This document shows positions 44,456-47,985 of a stretch of DNA of 47,985 nt, one piece after another (position 1 is the first letter of the stretch; each line of letters opens with the position of its first letter). This stretch comes from Methanobacteriaceae archaeon (GTDB taxonomy: Archaea > Methanobacteriota > Methanobacteria > Methanobacteriales > Methanobacteriaceae). The notes under the pieces are model-generated. The model worked only from the letters and a program-made list of their open reading frames with translations. It searched no databases and was not told where the DNA came from. The position numbers and the translations under genes were made by a program. The stretch covers positions 1 to 47,985 of the forward strand of contig PWMT01000144.1 of assembly GCA_003558085.1 (NCBI GenBank). Reading direction: 5' to 3'.

Positions 44456-45484
44456 TTATTTCCTAAATTTGGATAATAATCCACTACCAGCTAAAGCCAA
44501 ACCACTTATAAGCAAACCAGCAATAGGAACACCCGTAACTGGTATAGGCAATCCAGGATCAGTTACTTTTCTGGGTTTATCTGCATGATCCGTTCCTGCA
44601 GCAGCTACTGCAGTAGAAGTGGATTCTGCAACAGCAAATTGTGTTCCTGTTTGTTCAACTTGCACCGATTGATTTACATTGATTAATGCATCAGGCTCTG
44701 CTGGAGGTACATCAATAGTAGCACTGGCTGTTGGATCAGTCACAGGATTGAACTCATTTTGTTGTATTATAGTAGCTATATTAGTTATTGAAGTATCCGA
44801 GATTACTACCTTCGTTATAATATCTAAACTGGCAGTTTCTCCCACAGCTAATGTACCTACAGTCCAATTACCGGAATCAGCATCAAAAGTACCTTTTGTA
44901 GGATAAACTCCTATTATTTCTAAACCAGCTGGTGGAATATCTTGTACCACCACCCCGGTTGCAGGATCAGGGCCAGGGTTATTTACAGTAACAGTCCATA
45001 ACACACAATCCAAATAATTGGGCTCAGGATCATCAACGGTTTTATCAATTTCCAGAAGCGCTGCTGGAGGTACATTAATAGTTGCATTATCCCCTAGTCC
45101 ATCTACTATCCTATTGTCTACTGAAGTAATATTTGCGAAATTAATAATCTCACCGGTATCATTGACCGTAGTAGTGATTTTTAACTCAACAGCCTCACCA
45201 GCACCCAAATTAGATATTTTCCATATACCGGTATCTGGATTATAAACTCCTTCTGGGCTAGCGGATAAAAAAATCAACTCATCTGGAATTTCATCAGTAA
45301 CTATTACCTCTGTAAGTTCACTCAAACCAGTATTATTCACTGTAAGCGTCCAGATAACATTGTCCCCATAATTTGGTACTTCATTATCGACATTCTTTGT
45401 AATCTCAATACCATCTTGAGCTATAACCACACCTAAAGATAAAATTAATGCTATAGTCAATAATATAATAAAATGATTTTTCAC
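44456..45484 (-). CDS. Cell-surface protein with two DUF11 domains and C-terminal IPVTG sorting-like signal
   Basis: GGAGGTG RBS, GTG start, signal peptide; 2x I.K.VD...PNY....W..TVNN.G....T.V.V.D..P; IPVTGVP + TM + KFRK. Confidence 0.9.
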   Translation of the reverse strand: MKNHFIILLTIALILSLGVVIAQDGIEITKNVDNEVPNYGDNVIWTLTVNNTGLSELTEVIVTDEIPDELIFLSASPEGVYNPDTGIWKISNLGAGEAVELKITTTVNDTGEIINFANITSVDNRIVDGLGDNATINVPPAALLEIDKTVDDPEPNYLDCVLWTVTVNNPGPDPATGVVVQDIPPAGLEIIGVYPTKGTFDADSGNWTVGTLAVGETASLDIITKVVISDTSITNIATIIQQNEFNPVTDPTASATIDVPPAEPDALINVNQSVQVEQTGTQFAVAESTSTAVAAAGTDHADKPRKVTDPGLPIPVTGVPIAGLLISGLALAGSGLLSKFRK

Positions 45485-45894
45485 CTTTTCACCTCCCCTT
45501 TTTATCGGGCATATATTATTTAATAACTATTAAAGTATATAATATTAACTAAAAATGTCTATAATATAATTAATAAAGTACTTCTAGTGTTGCTAGTTCA
45601 AGTTAGAATATAAATAAACTACTAGAATTGCCTTTATTTTGATTTTCCTAATGTGTAGTAAAAGCCCCAATATCTATTTAAATACCTGAAAAAACTAAAA
45701 TTAATAATTTATAACTCTAAATAGATCATAATATCGCTTATTATAGAAAAATAAAACAGAATACTAATTATTTGATTACTAATCAGTCCCGAGAATAAGC
45801 TTAAATTTTATCTGGGATAAAATGGTGTTTATAGAAATAAAGTCTAATTAATAAATCAGTTCAAATAATTTTCCCAGGTAAATATTTTGCCCTC

Positions 45895-46944
45895 TTAAAG
45901 TAATAATAATAGGATGAGAACCAAAATGATCAATAAAATAATAACCACCCCATGCCATTTAAAAGGTATTTTATTGCTTCCTTTAGGATAAAGAGAAGTT
46001 TCAGGATCATAATATTTTTTTAAAGTATCTATCGCTTCAGTTTCTACTTTTGATTTTTCTAGGATGGCCGTTAATTCCTGATGAAGGTATTTCATTTCAT
46101 CACGAGCATCGCGAGGATGTCCTTCGATGGAAGATTTTGCGTATTCTTGGCGCATGATCCAGCCTACAAAGTACACTAGAAAAGGTTCAGGTATTAATTC
46201 AAATATTCGTATTATTTTGGGAGTGGTTGGTATTCCGAATTTCCGTAAACCTTTAAGAGCCTCTTTAGTGGCACGCACTGCTAGAATTAAAAGATCTCTG
46301 GTATTTCCTAAACGTTTCATATTAATATCTGCAGCATAAATAGCTGGTACAAAACCAGGTATAAGTATTGCTGCATGGTATTTAAGCCAATTTTCCATGT
46401 CTTTACGGATCTGGACCTTATATCCTCGCATGCTACCTAAGATTTCTGCTATTTGTCTGGTTCTATCCCTTATTTTACCATCGGCCTCTCCCAAGGGGAG
46501 GGTGTATTTTTTCTTTTCATTAACCGGTAACATACACATAACATGTCCTTCTCTTGAACCTCCAGGTAAAGGAAATCCTAACATTATCCTTTCTTTACCT
46601 AAAGCCTGGGCCATGTTTTCCACGCCTTTCACATTGTTACCCATAAATAGATAGGTGGGGACCCTTTTATTTTCAGAAAGCATGTCTAAAATGTTATCTG
46701 CTTGATTTTTACGCATCACAATCATTACCAGATCATAATAATCATCTGAATGGAAGTTTTCTACAATATTAACCTTTGCCACTTCTTTCTCAGGCGAACC
46801 TTCAAAGCGAATAATAACACCATATTTCTTTAACTCTTGTAATCGCTGCCCTCTAGCCAGTAAAGATACATCATAATCTGCCTCATTTAATCTTGCCGCC
46901 AATAAACTACCTAAGGGACCAGCACCAATTATTAGAATTTTCAT
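45895..46944 (-). CDS. panE: Ketopantoate reductase family oxidoreductase with C-terminal TM tail
   Basis: MKILIIGAGPLG Rossmann motif, LLARG.R, D.VMIVMRK, MGN, WLKYH; terminal hydrophobic helix. Confidence 0.75.
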   Translation of the reverse strand: MKILIIGAGPLGSLLAARLNEADYDVSLLARGQRLQELKKYGVIIRFEGSPEKEVAKVNIVENFHSDDYYDLVMIVMRKNQADNILDMLSENKRVPTYLFMGNNVKGVENMAQALGKERIMLGFPLPGGSREGHVMCMLPVNEKKKYTLPLGEADGKIRDRTRQIAEILGSMRGYKVQIRKDMENWLKYHAAILIPGFVPAIYAADINMKRLGNTRDLLILAVRATKEALKGLRKFGIPTTPKIIRIFELIPEPFLVYFVGWIMRQEYAKSSIEGHPRDARDEMKYLHQELTAILEKSKVETEAIDTLKKYYDPETSLYPKGSNKIPFKWHGVVIILLIILVLILLLLL

Positions 46945-47079
46945 ATAATAATAGTATTCAAATTCTAATTTAAAATAATTATTTGTAAAAAATTAAATTA
47001 AAATTTTTTTAAAGTAATTTTATCTTCCTAAAAACTTTTTTAAGATTTATACTGTGGTGTAGAAAATAAGCAAAAAAAA

Positions 47080-47985
47080 TTAAAGTATGTTAAAGTAGTT
47101 TAAAAAGGCAATCATCTGTTTATAGGAAGTGTTTATAGTTTCTAAATCAGCAAATCCATGCGGGCACTGAACTTCACAGATTACAGAAGGTATACCTGCC
47201 TGACTACCTTCATCTTCTAATGCGCCGGGATAAACCACTCCAGCCACTTCATGATTAATCAGTTCAGCACCAGTTTGCTGGCTGATATAAATGGCCAAAT
47301 TTAAGCTCCCAGACGTAGGAATCTCAGTGCAAATAACTGAGGTGATACCGGGGTATCCTCCTGGCCTGGTAGAGTGAAAATCGCCTAGCCCTGCTACTTC
47401 AAATTAAATGGCAGTATTCAATATGATATTACTAGGAGTGTTCTCCACATTAGCCACGCGATTAGGATCCTCTCCTTGCCAGTTCCTGCTATTTATAGAA
47501 GTGGAGTAGGGAATAGCAAAGGGTATCACATGTACTGTACCCTGCAACTCTCTACCCTCTAAGAAATTGACCAATCTCATGGCCGCAATGCTAGGTGGTA
47601 ATTCATTACCATGTAGCCCTGCTACGATCATTACCTGGGGATCACCTTCACCAAAAGTTAACATTGGCGTACCAGTACTAGCAGCTGAAATAATATCCAT
47701 ATTAAGTGCGGTGCGAGGAGTGTATTGATCTATTATATTATTTCTTGTCACATCGCCTCCAGTAGCAGTAGTGAGAATTTCTATATCGGCGGGGGGAGTT
47801 TCTGGTAGTTTAGGACCAACCCAAGGACTAATCGATGCAAAAAATGGTAGTCTTCTCTGAGCACCATAAAAGCCTACAATTCTGGAGAAAAGATAAACTT
47901 GAGATTCAAAGCCAATATTTCCCTGGGAAGAACTAATAGAAGCAGGAGCACGTCCCGTAGACTCCACATAATCATTAACTTCCCC
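47080..47985 (-). pseudogene. Pseudomurein-binding repeat fused to a succinylglutamate desuccinylase/aspartoacylase (M14) domain; one in-frame TAA at 47404-47406; 5' end outside the window
   Basis: One reading frame: PMBR-like GRAPASISSSQGNIGFESQVYLFSRIVGFY...LP, GLHGNE, DPNR, NTAI*FEVAGLGDFHST...PGALED...ICEV. Confidence 0.8.

Noticed and set aside
47404-47406. Selenocysteine or pyrrolysine readthrough
   Set aside because: The codon is TAA, not TGA or TAG.

Overview
AT-rich archaeal chromosome segment from a hydrogenotrophic methanogen. mch, connectase (DUF2121), DUF1890/DUF1894, the archaeal HMG-CoA synthase/thiolase pair and a pseudomurein-binding-repeat protein point to Methanobacteriaceae (Methanobacterium-like). 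Most of the window is housekeeping backbone: connectase, copB, rbr-dfx, RecJ-like nuclease, nth, aroA, valS, pheT, mesA-thyA-mch, hypAB, prs, lonB, cobQ, HMG-CoA synthase/thiolase and three tRNAs. Small accessory patches lie at about 18.9-23.6 kb, 32.2-33.2 kb and 41.8-48 kb. I found no CRISPR array, transposase, integrase or prophage. The best candidate for an under-described system is a cell-envelope cluster at 43.2-48 kb. Two unrelated exported proteins there end in the same sortase-type signal (IPVTG[IV]P, TM helix, basic tail), one with pilin-like DUF11 domains. Nearby are a lipoprotein and a pseudomurein-binding M14 metallopeptidase-like gene broken by one in-frame TAA. Other oddities: a +1 frameshift at CGC-TTT-CGC in an MBL hydrolase, a pore-less voltage-sensor protein, two unrelated perfect 32-bp tandem repeats within 3 kb, an internally duplicated rubrerythrin, and a GT1 glycosyltransferase paired with a membrane methyltransferase. 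All family calls come from motif recognition, not database searches.
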